Part shown: in pieces, positions 36,595 to 45,502 of the stretch
Position numbering within the stretch: position 1 is the stretch's first letter
How the letters are laid out: each line of letters starts with the position of its first letter
Assembly (NCBI GenBank): GCA_965215125.1
Contig: OZ244052.1
Span: 416,001 to 480,000, forward strand
Direction: 5' to 3'
Length of the DNA: 64,000 bases
Source of the DNA: an uncultured candidatus Porisulfidus sp.
GTDB taxonomy: Bacteria > Pseudomonadota > Gammaproteobacteria > Poriferisulfidales > Oxydemutatoraceae
Notes under the pieces: generated by a model
The model's input: the letters and a program-made list of their open reading frames with translations, nothing else
Database searches by the model: none
What the model was told of the DNA's origin: nothing
Program-made: the position numbers and the translations under genes

Positions 36595-37581
36595 ATGGAA
36601 AACAAACAACCCGTCACAATTGGCGTTGATGTCTCTAAAGAGACTTTAGAAACAGCTCTATTATTCACCGATAATAGTTTTGCCGAGCAGCAATTCAGTA
36701 ATGATGCCAAAGGCATTAAACAACTGTTATCTTGGGCTACCGAGCATGGTGCGCAACAGTGTCGCCTCTGCGTTGAGGCAACCGGCGGTTTTGAGCTAGA
36801 CCTGTGCATGGAAAGCTATGACCAACATCCCATCACGATTGTGCCACCTGTACAGGTCGCGAGCTACCGCAAAACGCTGGGTATGCGTAATAAAACCGAT
36901 GGCGTTGATGCGCAACTCATCGCACGCTTCGCATTTGCAGTCGGTGATATTCAAGACTGGGAACAGCCTACCGAAGCAGTATTCGCCTTGAGAGATACAC
37001 TGAAATGGCGCCGGCAATTAACCAAGTCCCATACGCAGTTAAGCAACTGTGCAAAGACGCTGCGCAGTATGCAGCTCAAAAAGAAGGCAGCTGCAGAACT
37101 CGCTCACCTCCAGAAGCAAATCCATGAGTGTGACGCCTTACTTTACGAAATCATCGCTGAAGACGAACAACTCACACAGCAGTATCAATTGCTCTGCTCT
37201 ATTACTGGAATCGGAACTCAAACCGCAGCCACCCTATGTGCAGCTTTTGATGATAATACGTTTCAACACCCAAAGCAACTTGCCGCCTATATCGGCATCA
37301 CTCCGATGCGCAAGCAATCCGGCAACTACGAGGCGAAGGCGCACATCTCTAAAATTGGCGATGCACACCTGCGCACCGCACTATTTATGGCGGCACTCTC
37401 GGCTCGGGTTCATAACCCAATCGTCCGTGCGTTCGCCGACCAGTTAAGCCGGCGGCGTCCGGATTTAACCAAAAAGCAGGTTATTGTTGCTTGCGCCCAT
37501 AAACTGACGCGTATCATTTACGGAATACTCAAGCACAAGAAACCGTTTGACCCGAATTATTGTTGCGTATCTGCGTCCTAA
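36595..37581 (+). CDS. IS110-family DEDD recombinase/transposase
   Basis: IGVDVSK, CVEATG and KTDGVDA supply the DEDD residues; SITGIG, LAAYIGITP, QSG (Tnp serine), KIGDAHLR, VACAHKL. GGAG RBS before ATG 36595. Confidence 0.95.
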   Translation: MENKQPVTIGVDVSKETLETALLFTDNSFAEQQFSNDAKGIKQLLSWATEHGAQQCRLCVEATGGFELDLCMESYDQHPITIVPPVQVASYRKTLGMRNKTDGVDAQLIARFAFAVGDIQDWEQPTEAVFALRDTLKWRRQLTKSHTQLSNCAKTLRSMQLKKKAAAELAHLQKQIHECDALLYEIIAEDEQLTQQYQLLCSITGIGTQTAATLCAAFDDNTFQHPKQLAAYIGITPMRKQSGNYEAKAHISKIGDAHLRTALFMAALSARVHNPIVRAFADQLSRRRPDLTKKQVIVACAHKLTRIIYGILKHKKPFDPNYCCVSAS

Positions 37582-37632
37582 ATTGATACTCAGAAGAGAA
37601 GATAGAAAAAGATAAAAAACGAATAAAATAAC

Positions 37633-37652
37633 TTGACTTTGAATAAGGCATC
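37633..37652 (+). promoter_or_regulatory. -35 half of the IS110 circle-junction promoter
   Basis: TTGACT at 37633-38; on circularisation it sits exactly 17 nt from TATATT at 36323-28. Confidence 0.85.
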
Positions 37653-37744
37653 ATGCAAGTCCGCCCCTACAAGGAGGGGAATAAACCGTTCCTACACATG
37701 GTTTGCATAATTGGGTGACACGTGGCGTTGTATAATAGCAACAC

Positions 37745-38926
37745 ATGGAACATCATGCCTCTACACTTATTATCCCCTTTTTGATATTCACCGGTGCGGC
37801 GGTGATGGCAACTTTTGCCTTATATGCAAGGCAGGCTATGTTGGTTGCTTATATCATTCTCGGGCTATTGCTGGGACCTGCGTTATTTAAGGTGGTGGAC
37901 GGCGGCGAGGAAGCAATGCACATCGCCTCGGATATAGGCATTGTTTTATTGCTTTTCTTGCTGGGCTTGGATCTGTCTCCTATTAAATTGATAAAAGTCG
38001 TGCGTGCAATCGCAACACCTACGCTGGCGAGTTGTGTCGTGTTTTCTTTACCCGGTATCGCAATCGGTTATATACTCGGTTTTGATGCCGTGTCTATAAT
38101 GATCTTGGCTATCGCAATGATGTTCTCCAGTACTATCATCGGGATTAAGCTATTGCCTACGACGGTGTTACACCATAAACCGACCGGCGAAATTATTATC
38201 AGTATATTGTTGTTGCAGGACTTGATTGCAATTCTGATCATACTTGGTCTAGGGCTGTTCTACAGCGGCGGCAGCGATTTTCATATATCGGTACCTTTTA
38301 TCAAGCTATTGCTACTCCCGGTCATGGTCGGTCTTGCCTATCTATTGCAAAAATATCTGCTCGTCGGACTTTTGATGCGCTTCGACAAAATCAAAGAATA
38401 TGTTTTCCTATTGATGATAGGTTGGTGTTTCGGCATCGCACAACTTACCGCATGGTTAGGCTTGTCGTACGAAATCGGCGCGTTCATCGCCGGCGTGTTA
38501 ATGGCTACTCACCCGATTGCAATCTATGTGGCGGACTCCTTAAAACCGTTGCGAGACTTTTTTATGGTTATTTTCTTCTTCACGCTGGGCAGTAGCATCG
38601 CACCGGGGTCGGTCGGCCGGATATGGGTACCTGCCTTGATATTAGCGGGCGTACTACTGATATTAAAACCGTTGGTCTTCGAGTGGTTACTCAGTCGCGC
38701 CGGTGAGGAAAAAACAAGAGCAAGAGAGGTCGGGTTTAGGCTGGGACAGGGCAGCGAATTCTCACTGTTAATCATTGCACTGGCGACGCAGCTCGGCATC
38801 GCCGAAAAACCTGCAATAGACTTGATTAAAACGACTATGCTGATAACGTTTATGGTGTCGCCCTACTTGATTATCGCAAAATACCCTACTCCGGTTGCGA
38901 TAGACGATCGCTTACGCCGCGACTAG
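37745..38926 (+). CDS. Cation:proton antiporter (CPA2/Kef-like, transmembrane domain only)
   Basis: AYIILGLLLGP, LLFLLGL, FSST, ILLLQDL, IGAFIAG, LRDFF, GQGSEFS; many TM helices. Confidence 0.88.
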   Translation: MEHHASTLIIPFLIFTGAAVMATFALYARQAMLVAYIILGLLLGPALFKVVDGGEEAMHIASDIGIVLLLFLLGLDLSPIKLIKVVRAIATPTLASCVVFSLPGIAIGYILGFDAVSIMILAIAMMFSSTIIGIKLLPTTVLHHKPTGEIIISILLLQDLIAILIILGLGLFYSGGSDFHISVPFIKLLLLPVMVGLAYLLQKYLLVGLLMRFDKIKEYVFLLMIGWCFGIAQLTAWLGLSYEIGAFIAGVLMATHPIAIYVADSLKPLRDFFMVIFFFTLGSSIAPGSVGRIWVPALILAGVLLILKPLVFEWLLSRAGEEKTRAREVGFRLGQGSEFSLLIIALATQLGIAEKPAIDLIKTTMLITFMVSPYLIIAKYPTPVAIDDRLRRD

Positions 38927-38927
38927 C

Positions 38928-39725
38928 TTAGCGTCGATGCTCCGATAAAAACGCTTTAACACGCAAACCGCTGTCCATCGCCGCATCCTCGTCGTAACGC
39001 AAGGTGTGCCCGTAATAAGTGCCACTCGCCGACGGCACATCAAAACTATGATATGCGGCGGGATAGACGACGATATCAAGGTTGTAATCGTTGGCTTCGG
39101 TAATCACCATTTGCCTGCAATAATCGGCAGGAGTCCAATCGTCGCGCTCGCCTATCAAAATCAAAGTGTCGCTCAACAACGAAGGTATACGATGATAGCA
39201 ATACGGGTAAAACGCAATCACCCCGCCGAGCCGACGAAATAACGGGCGCGGGTAATGGTGTATCGATAAAGCAGTTGTCCCCCCGTGCGACATGCCCATC
39301 AAAAAGATATTGTCGTGGTCAAACTCGTTTGAAGCGAAGATATAGTTTAGGATACTCTCAATATCCGCCAACCGTTCAAACGGAGAGATCTTGAGTGTAT
39401 CGTCGCAGATATTGCCGTCGCCACGCGGACCGAAACTATCGGCTTTGACTAAAGCATAACCCCAAGACCGCATCCGTTCAATCCACAAACGCTTGCGCGA
39501 CGCAACGATACCGCTGCAACCGTGCATATCTATCACTACCGGATACGGCGGGTCAATCAACGGACGGTAGACATTGACTTTAAGTTGTATCGGTTTTCTG
39601 TTTGCATCTATAGAGCTCAGATCTATGGCGGCAGAACCCGAAGCGGCACAGCCGCAAAGCAATACCGCCGATACGAGTAATGCAAATACGCATTGATATC
39701 GAGTCCTCAAAACCGACATCGTCAA
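38928..39725 (-). CDS. Dienelactone hydrolase-family alpha/beta hydrolase (possible lipoprotein)
   Basis: HGCSG, GMSHGG nucleophile elbow, GERDDWTP, YPAAYHSFD; LCG|C lipobox-like. Confidence 0.85.
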   Translation of the reverse strand: MTMSVLRTRYQCVFALLVSAVLLCGCAASGSAAIDLSSIDANRKPIQLKVNVYRPLIDPPYPVVIDMHGCSGIVASRKRLWIERMRSWGYALVKADSFGPRGDGNICDDTLKISPFERLADIESILNYIFASNEFDHDNIFLMGMSHGGTTALSIHHYPRPLFRRLGGVIAFYPYCYHRIPSLLSDTLILIGERDDWTPADYCRQMVITEANDYNLDIVVYPAAYHSFDVPSASGTYYGHTLRYDEDAAMDSGLRVKAFLSEHRR

Positions 39726-40594
39726 ACGGCAAATATTCGGGATCGGACGCGATAGATAAGTGCCAGCAAAAAACCGCTCAACAATCCGCCTATGTGTGCT
39801 GCATTCGCTACATAAATATCAACGAGGCTCAAAATCCCCGACATGCACAGCAACAACCAAAACAATAGAAAGGGTGCGATGCCGGGTGGCGGCGCGATGC
39901 CTTGCGATGAACCCTTTGTGTTGCGCGACTCCCAATATCCCCATAACCAACAATAACCGAATAATCCATAGACCACACCGGACAAGCCGCCGAATAAGAC
40001 GGACGGTTCGTAGATATACTGACACAGGTTGGAGATCATGCCGGTAGCAACGATAACGACGAGCAATCTAAGATGCGATTGCAGTCGTTCTATCCTTCGT
40101 CCGAACTCTATCAACCAAAGACCGTTGAACACCAGATGCAACAAACTGAAATGTAAAAATATCGGTGTTAGAATACGCCACCATTGGCCTCCGGTTATAC
40201 CGTCAATCGACGCAGTTGCATATAAAATATCCCGATCACCGACCCTGATGTCTTGAAAAACCAACCACGGCATCAGCGTGTTATTGCTCTCGGTGATTAG
40301 ATAAACCGATACCGCAAGTGTACTCGTTATCAGAACAACCGGATAATTTAAGATATTTTGCAAAGGCCTTAGGTGCGAAACACCGTCGGCTCGAGGCATA
40401 GGAGGCACCTCCAACTGTCCGTCGCACCATTGCTCAAACCATACACGAATTGTCTCGGGGTCGTGATGCGAGCGTAGAACTTGCCGCCCACCGTGCTCGA
40501 CGATCCGATGCGAGATACCTTGTGTAGATAAAAATCTGCTGAATGCAGATAAATCTCTTTCCAAGGAGACGGTTAATACATCGGTCCAATCCAT
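39722..40594 (-). CDS. glpG: Rhomboid intramembrane protease
   Basis: WWRILTPIFLHF, HLVFN, GLSGVVYG (Ser), ANAAHIGG (His). Confidence 0.9.
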   Translation of the reverse strand: MDWTDVLTVSLERDLSAFSRFLSTQGISHRIVEHGGRQVLRSHHDPETIRVWFEQWCDGQLEVPPMPRADGVSHLRPLQNILNYPVVLITSTLAVSVYLITESNNTLMPWLVFQDIRVGDRDILYATASIDGITGGQWWRILTPIFLHFSLLHLVFNGLWLIEFGRRIERLQSHLRLLVVIVATGMISNLCQYIYEPSVLFGGLSGVVYGLFGYCWLWGYWESRNTKGSSQGIAPPPGIAPFLLFWLLLCMSGILSLVDIYVANAAHIGGLLSGFLLALIYRVRSRIFAV

Positions 40595-40641
40595 TATCTT
40601 TATTTTAGTACCGAAGCATTGTGCGAATGCACGACATATAG

Positions 40642-40664
40642 GTGGGCTAACATACGCTCCCTAC
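40642..40664 (-). repeat. Degenerate GTAG-type REP
   Basis: ggtgggctaacatacgctccctac reads GTAG plus an imperfect hairpin on the - strand; overlaps the psd stop. Confidence 0.4.
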
Positions 40665-41530
40665 ATAATAGATGCCATTTCGCAGCCTACTTTGACCTCG
40701 GAACCGGGTTGGTACAGCGGGTTCCAGTTGAGGTTTTCATTATTAATCAATAGTACGACGGTTGAACCGATGTTGAAGCGTCCCATCTCCGCACCTTTAT
40801 CCAATTCAACGATCGGATGTGTAGCGGTGTCCTCATCGTAGCGATGATAGCTTAATGCCAAAGCACCGGGACTTACCAATCCGTGCCAAACCGTTTCTAT
40901 CGCCGAAACATTGACTGCACCGACCATCACGACGGCGGTGGGGCCGTGCTCGGTATCAAAAACAGAAATGACCCTTTCGTTTTTGGTGTAGAGGCGCGGT
41001 ATCACCCGAGTTGCATAGGGTGCTACGCTGAACAGACGGCCGGGTATGTGAATCATCGTCCTAAGCCTTCCTGCCAGCGGTGTATGCACGCGATGGTAAT
41101 GACGAGGACCTAAATAGATAGTGCAGAAAAAACCGCGCGCAAAGGCTTCACTCACCCTAGGGGTCAATAGTTCGCCAACACTATACTCTTGACTCTTGGC
41201 TTGCACTACATGCCCTGCCTCAATTTTTCCGATCTGAACCACGATGCCGTCGCACGGAGAGACAACGATATTAGAACCTTGATGGATCGGACGGATATCG
41301 GGTTTGAGTGCGCGTGTGAAAAATGCATTAAAACTGGGATAATCGTCTATATTGCCGATTTCGGCTTCGCTTAAATCAACCTTGAAAACACGTACGAACA
41401 GTTTTATTACATAACCGACACCGGGCATCTCTAAGCGGCTCAACGTCAGCGTCAAGCGCGAGACTAAATGGTGAGGAAAAAAATGAAACAGCCACCCTTT
41501 GGTGCGTTCCCATAAACTAACTTGTTCCAT
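40661..41530 (-). CDS. psd: Phosphatidylserine decarboxylase proenzyme
   Basis: FNAFFTRALK, SPCDG, YLGPRHYHRVH, NERV, GRFNIGST autocleavage motif. Confidence 0.93.
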   Translation of the reverse strand: MEQVSLWERTKGWLFHFFPHHLVSRLTLTLSRLEMPGVGYVIKLFVRVFKVDLSEAEIGNIDDYPSFNAFFTRALKPDIRPIHQGSNIVVSPCDGIVVQIGKIEAGHVVQAKSQEYSVGELLTPRVSEAFARGFFCTIYLGPRHYHRVHTPLAGRLRTMIHIPGRLFSVAPYATRVIPRLYTKNERVISVFDTEHGPTAVVMVGAVNVSAIETVWHGLVSPGALALSYHRYDEDTATHPIVELDKGAEMGRFNIGSTVVLLINNENLNWNPLYQPGSEVKVGCEMASIM

Positions 41531-41615
41531 ATACTAGATTAAAGAAAAATTAAAATTGACACTCTAATAATGTAGAATTATCCGCCTATACGGAGATTAA
41601 TTATATCAAACAACG

Positions 41616-43013
41616 ATGAATATAGAGATTACCATTGCATTATTTGCTGTTATCGCAGCGGCGGTGTTCGCATATTTATATAAGCAATCTAAATCGCAAG
41701 CAAACGCACAACGCACAAAGTTGAACGATGCAAACGAACAGATGGCAACCCTAAGGGCTGAAAACGCCGCTTTGCAAAACAGTAAGGAAGAAAAATCCGA
41801 ACGGTTGCTAAAAGCCGATGAGGATTGTAGCGCATTGCGTAAGCGGAATACGCAGCTTGAAATCGATAATCGCGAGCAGCATACCAAACTCAAAGCCGAG
41901 CGAGACAAACTGCAAATTTTAGAGGCTCAGTTTGAAAAGCAAAAGTTGCAACTCAAAGACGAGTTTAAGTCTTTATCGGAAGATATCTTGAAGCAACGAC
42001 AACAGTCACTGCACGAACAAAACAAAGAAGGCATAGGGGCATTGATTAAACCTTTGCAAGAACAAATCTGGCAATTTCAAAAGCGTGTGAACGATGTGCA
42101 TAGCGAGACGATCAAAGGCCATACCAGTCTAGAGAGCGAAATAAAGAAAGTAATGGAGGTTGGCTTAAAAATAGGCGAGGATGCCGACAATCTGAGTTCG
42201 GCACTCAAAGGCGACCCTCGCCAACGCGGGGCTTGGGGCGAGGCGCAGTTGGAACGCACTCTGGAGATGAGCGGTCTGGTTAAAGATACCCACTACCGCA
42301 AGCAGGCCGCTTTCAAGGATCGGGACGGCAAGCACAAAATGATAGATTATCTGGTTATGCTCCCCGACGACCACCACATCGTCATAGATAGCAAAGTCTC
42401 GTTACTCGCTTATGACCGGGCTGTTGCGGCGAAAGACGAAAGCACACAGGTTGTTGCAATGGATGAGCACATCAAAGCTATTAAAAAGCACATAGACGAT
42501 TTGGCGGCAAAAGATTACACCGATCTAATCGGAGTACACAGCCCTAATTATGTTCTAATGTTTATGCCCATAGAATCGGCTTATATAGAAGCACTCAAAT
42601 GGGACAGAGATTTATTCGGTTACGGCTACGGTAAAAATATCGTTTTGGTCTCTCATACGACACTGATACCGATACTGCGAGTCGTCGCCAATCTGTGGAT
42701 GCTCGAGCAAAGCAATCGGCAAGCACGAGAAATCGGCAACAACGCCGGCGATATCTATAACTCGGTATGCCTACTCGCCGAGCGTATACAAAAGCTCGGC
42801 GACACACTCAATACCGCAAGCAAACATTACAATGATGCGGTCACGACGATTTCCGGACGACAAGGAATACAAGGGAAAGTAGCGCGTTTCGCCCGCCTTT
42901 CAACCAGAGCAAACAAAAAAATGCCCGATTTAGAGCATCGCCATTTTGAATATAAGACTAATTCACTTAATATACAGCCTGCCGAGAAAAATCCCTCCGA
43001 AGGCAATAAATAA
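41616..43013 (+). CDS. rmuC: DNA recombination protein RmuC
   Basis: N-terminal TM plus coiled coil; RGAWGEAQLE, VIDSKVSL, VLMFMPIE, VSHTTL. Confidence 0.93.
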   Translation: MNIEITIALFAVIAAAVFAYLYKQSKSQANAQRTKLNDANEQMATLRAENAALQNSKEEKSERLLKADEDCSALRKRNTQLEIDNREQHTKLKAERDKLQILEAQFEKQKLQLKDEFKSLSEDILKQRQQSLHEQNKEGIGALIKPLQEQIWQFQKRVNDVHSETIKGHTSLESEIKKVMEVGLKIGEDADNLSSALKGDPRQRGAWGEAQLERTLEMSGLVKDTHYRKQAAFKDRDGKHKMIDYLVMLPDDHHIVIDSKVSLLAYDRAVAAKDESTQVVAMDEHIKAIKKHIDDLAAKDYTDLIGVHSPNYVLMFMPIESAYIEALKWDRDLFGYGYGKNIVLVSHTTLIPILRVVANLWMLEQSNRQAREIGNNAGDIYNSVCLLAERIQKLGDTLNTASKHYNDAVTTISGRQGIQGKVARFARLSTRANKKMPDLEHRHFEYKTNSLNIQPAEKNPSEGNK

Positions 43014-43111
43014 TTCACAAATGTGTTACAATGCCCTATACATTAATCAAATAATATAAACAATAACGATAATGTCATTAAACATAGATAGAATATACGA
43101 GGAATAGAACT

Positions 43112-43984
43112 ATGAAAACAAAAGTTACTAAGAAAAAATCCTCCTCTCTCTCTCAACCTCCCTCGAAAAAGAAGACCGCAAAGAAGAAATCTTCGGTGCC
43201 CAAAACCCGTACACCCCAAAAGAAGGTCGTTAAGAAAAAGACTCCGAATCGAAAAACCGGTACGCCCTCAAAGAAAGTCGTTAAGAAAAAAGCTCCGACT
43301 CGAAAAACCCGTACGCCCCCAAAGAAGGTCGTTAAGAAAAAGGCTCCGACTCGAAAAACCGGTACGCCCTCAAAGAAGGTCGTTAAGAAAAAAGCTCCGA
43401 CTCGAAAAACCCGTACGCCCCCAAAGAAGGTCGTTAAGAAAAAGGCTCCGACTCGAAAAACCGGTACGCCCCCAAAGAAGGTCGTTAAGAAAAAAACTCC
43501 GACTCGAAAAACCGGTACGCCTCAAAAGAAGGTCGTTAAGAAAAAGACTGCGGCTAGAAAAAGTAATCCCATACAGATCAGTGAGATTAAAAGGAAATCG
43601 CGCGGGTTGCAACGAAGCAAAAAGTATATGGATAGTCAACAGTTGGAGTACTTTCGCAATATCCTACTATCACGCAGAGAAGAATTGATAAGCGAAGCAG
43701 GTCGTATGGTAGATTATATGCAAACCGGTTCTAATACTTATGCCGATGCCATAGATCAAGCAAGTCAAGAGGAAGAGTTTACTCTACAATTGAAGGAACG
43801 CGATAGAGAAAGGAAGTTGCTACAAAAAATAGACGAAGCCCTCGCTAAAATAGATAAGCAAGAATACGGTTTTTGTGTCTCCTGCGGAGCCGAGATCGGC
43901 ATTAGTAGACTAGAGGCAAGGCCGACAACCGATCAATGCATAGATTGCAAAGAAATCGACGAACTCAGAGAGCGGCATTACTAG
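43112..43984 (+). CDS. dksA: RNA polymerase-binding factor DksA with Lys-rich N-terminal repeat extension
   Basis: YMDSQQLEYFR, DAIDQASQEEE, RDRERKLL, CVSCG...RLEARPT..CIDCK zinc finger. Confidence 0.93.
   Translation: MKTKVTKKKSSSLSQPPSKKKTAKKKSSVPKTRTPQKKVVKKKTPNRKTGTPSKKVVKKKAPTRKTRTPPKKVVKKKAPTRKTGTPSKKVVKKKAPTRKTRTPPKKVVKKKAPTRKTGTPPKKVVKKKTPTRKTGTPQKKVVKKKTAARKSNPIQISEIKRKSRGLQRSKKYMDSQQLEYFRNILLSRREELISEAGRMVDYMQTGSNTYADAIDQASQEEEFTLQLKERDRERKLLQKIDEALAKIDKQEYGFCVSCGAEIGISRLEARPTTDQCIDCKEIDELRERHY
43202..43548 (+). repeat. 51-bp coding tandem repeat (KKVVKKK(A/T)PTRKT(G/R)TPx), ~6.8 copies
   Basis: KKVVKKK units start at 43220, 43271, 43322, 43373, 43424, 43475 and 43526. Confidence 0.95.
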
Positions 43985-44011
43985 GCACTCGCTCGTTTAT
44001 AAAAGCCAACC

Positions 44012-44222
44012 GTGGGGCTGTTGAAAAAATACCGTTCTGCACAATCGCAACCGCTTGCACCCATTCCCCCCCTGTGGAGGGGTGGCCTATGCATTTTGCA
44101 ATGCATGCGTTTAGCAGTCATGATGAGGTTCTGCACAAAGTCACGCCGATTGACCTACCGGTTCAATCGGCGGTTCTATTGAGCCCGACGGGGTGGTCTT
44201 TCGTGTCTGTACAAACCCAACG
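44012..44222 (-). repeat. Composite repeat: family A with inserted module C, plus a GGGCTGTTGAAAAA end
   Basis: Reverse complement of 52590-52730; lies between the convergent dksA and nrdB genes. Confidence 0.8.
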
Positions 44223-44281
44223 CGCTATGCGAACACGGCGCGTTGGTATAGCAGATAAACGTTTGCGGTAGATCGGCGGTA

Positions 44282-45496
44282 TTACTCCCAGTTTAGCGCA
44301 CCACCGGTTTGGTATTCGGTCACTCTAGTCTCAAAAAAATTCTTTTCTTTCTTTAAGTCCAGCACTTCCGACATCCATGGGAAAGGGTTGACTACACCGG
44401 AAAATTGCTCCGGCAATCCGATTTGATTAAAACGGCGGTTAGCTATGAATTCTACGTATTGTCTAAATAAGCCGGCATTCATTCCTAGCATGCCTCGCGG
44501 CATCGTATCTTCGGCATAGAGCTTCTCGTAGTTGACACCGTCTATAATCAAGTCTATGATTTCTCGCTTAAACTCCTCGGTCCACAAATGAGGATTTTCA
44601 AGTTTGATTTGATTGATTACATCTATGCCGAAGTTCATATGCATCGATTCATCTCGTAATATATATTGAAATTGTTCCGAGACACCGGTCATCTTATTAC
44701 GCCGCCCCATAGATAAAATTTGGGCGAAACCGACATAAAAGAAAACACCTTCGAATACGACATAGAAAGCAATCAGGTCGCGCAATAGACGTTGGTCGTT
44801 TTCCATAGTGCCGGTCCTAAAGTTAGGGTCGCTGAGGCTTTGCGTGTAAGGCAATGCCCATTCCGATTTTTTAGCTACCGACGGAAGTTCTCTATACATA
44901 TTGAACACTTCGCCTTCGTCCAAAGATAAAGACTCGATACAATACTGATAGGCGTGAGTATGCAAAGCCTCTTCAAAAGCCTGACGCAATAAGTATTGGC
45001 GACATTCCGGATTGGTAATATGACGGTACACCGCCAATACTAGATTATTAGCGACTAAGGAATCGGCAGTAGAAAAAAATCCTAAATTGCGCTTGACCAC
45101 CATGCGCTCGTCTTCGGTCAAACCCTCGGCATCTTTCCATAGCTTTATATCCGCAGTCATATTAATTTCTTGCGGCATCCAATGGTTGCCGCATGCAGCG
45201 AGGTATTTATCCCACGCCCATTCGTATTTGAACGGTACCAGCTGATTGAGGTCGGCACGACAATTGATAATCTGCTTATCGTCTACTCTTATGCGGGATG
45301 CACCCATCTCTATAGATTCCAAGCCGGTAGTGCCACCCTGATCTATCTCCGGTTGCGATTCCGCGTTATCCGGTGCTAAATTTTCTGCGGTGGCCTTTGT
45401 AGACCTAAAACTATTCGTTGCCGATTCGGTAAAGGGGTCTTCCCAATCCGGTAAAAATTTACTCTGCTGCATAATACCTCCCTTTTTGTTTATCAA
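44282..45496 (-). CDS. nrdB: Ribonucleotide reductase class Ia beta subunit
   Basis: [47 protein letters not shown]; the start may be the ATG at 45472. Confidence 0.96.
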   Translation of the reverse strand: MINKKGGIMQQSKFLPDWEDPFTESATNSFRSTKATAENLAPDNAESQPEIDQGGTTGLESIEMGASRIRVDDKQIINCRADLNQLVPFKYEWAWDKYLAACGNHWMPQEINMTADIKLWKDAEGLTEDERMVVKRNLGFFSTADSLVANNLVLAVYRHITNPECRQYLLRQAFEEALHTHAYQYCIESLSLDEGEVFNMYRELPSVAKKSEWALPYTQSLSDPNFRTGTMENDQRLLRDLIAFYVVFEGVFFYVGFAQILSMGRRNKMTGVSEQFQYILRDESMHMNFGIDVINQIKLENPHLWTEEFKREIIDLIIDGVNYEKLYAEDTMPRGMLGMNAGLFRQYVEFIANRRFNQIGLPEQFSGVVNPFPWMSEVLDLKKEKNFFETRVTEYQTGGALNWE

Positions 45497-45502
45497 ATCA
45501 AT

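Larger units (their letters stand above)
36321..37652 (+). mobile_element. IS110-family element (~1.33 kb) inserted at a CA core in a GTAG-type REP hairpin
   Basis: Removing 36321-37652 restores GGGCGGACATGCAAGTCCGCCCCTAC, a GTAG-type REP on the - strand. CA is present at both junctions (36319-20 and 37651-52). A DEDD recombinase gene lies inside. Confidence 0.9.

Noticed and set aside
36312-37668. GGGCGGAC/GTCCGCCC read as IS1111-type subterminal inverted repeats
   Set aside because: They are the two arms of the target REP. The CA core, the 17-bp junction promoter and the guide matches place the IS ends inside them.
43202-43548. Possible CRISPR array
   Set aside because: This is an in-frame coding tandem repeat with no unique spacers, and there are no cas genes in the window.
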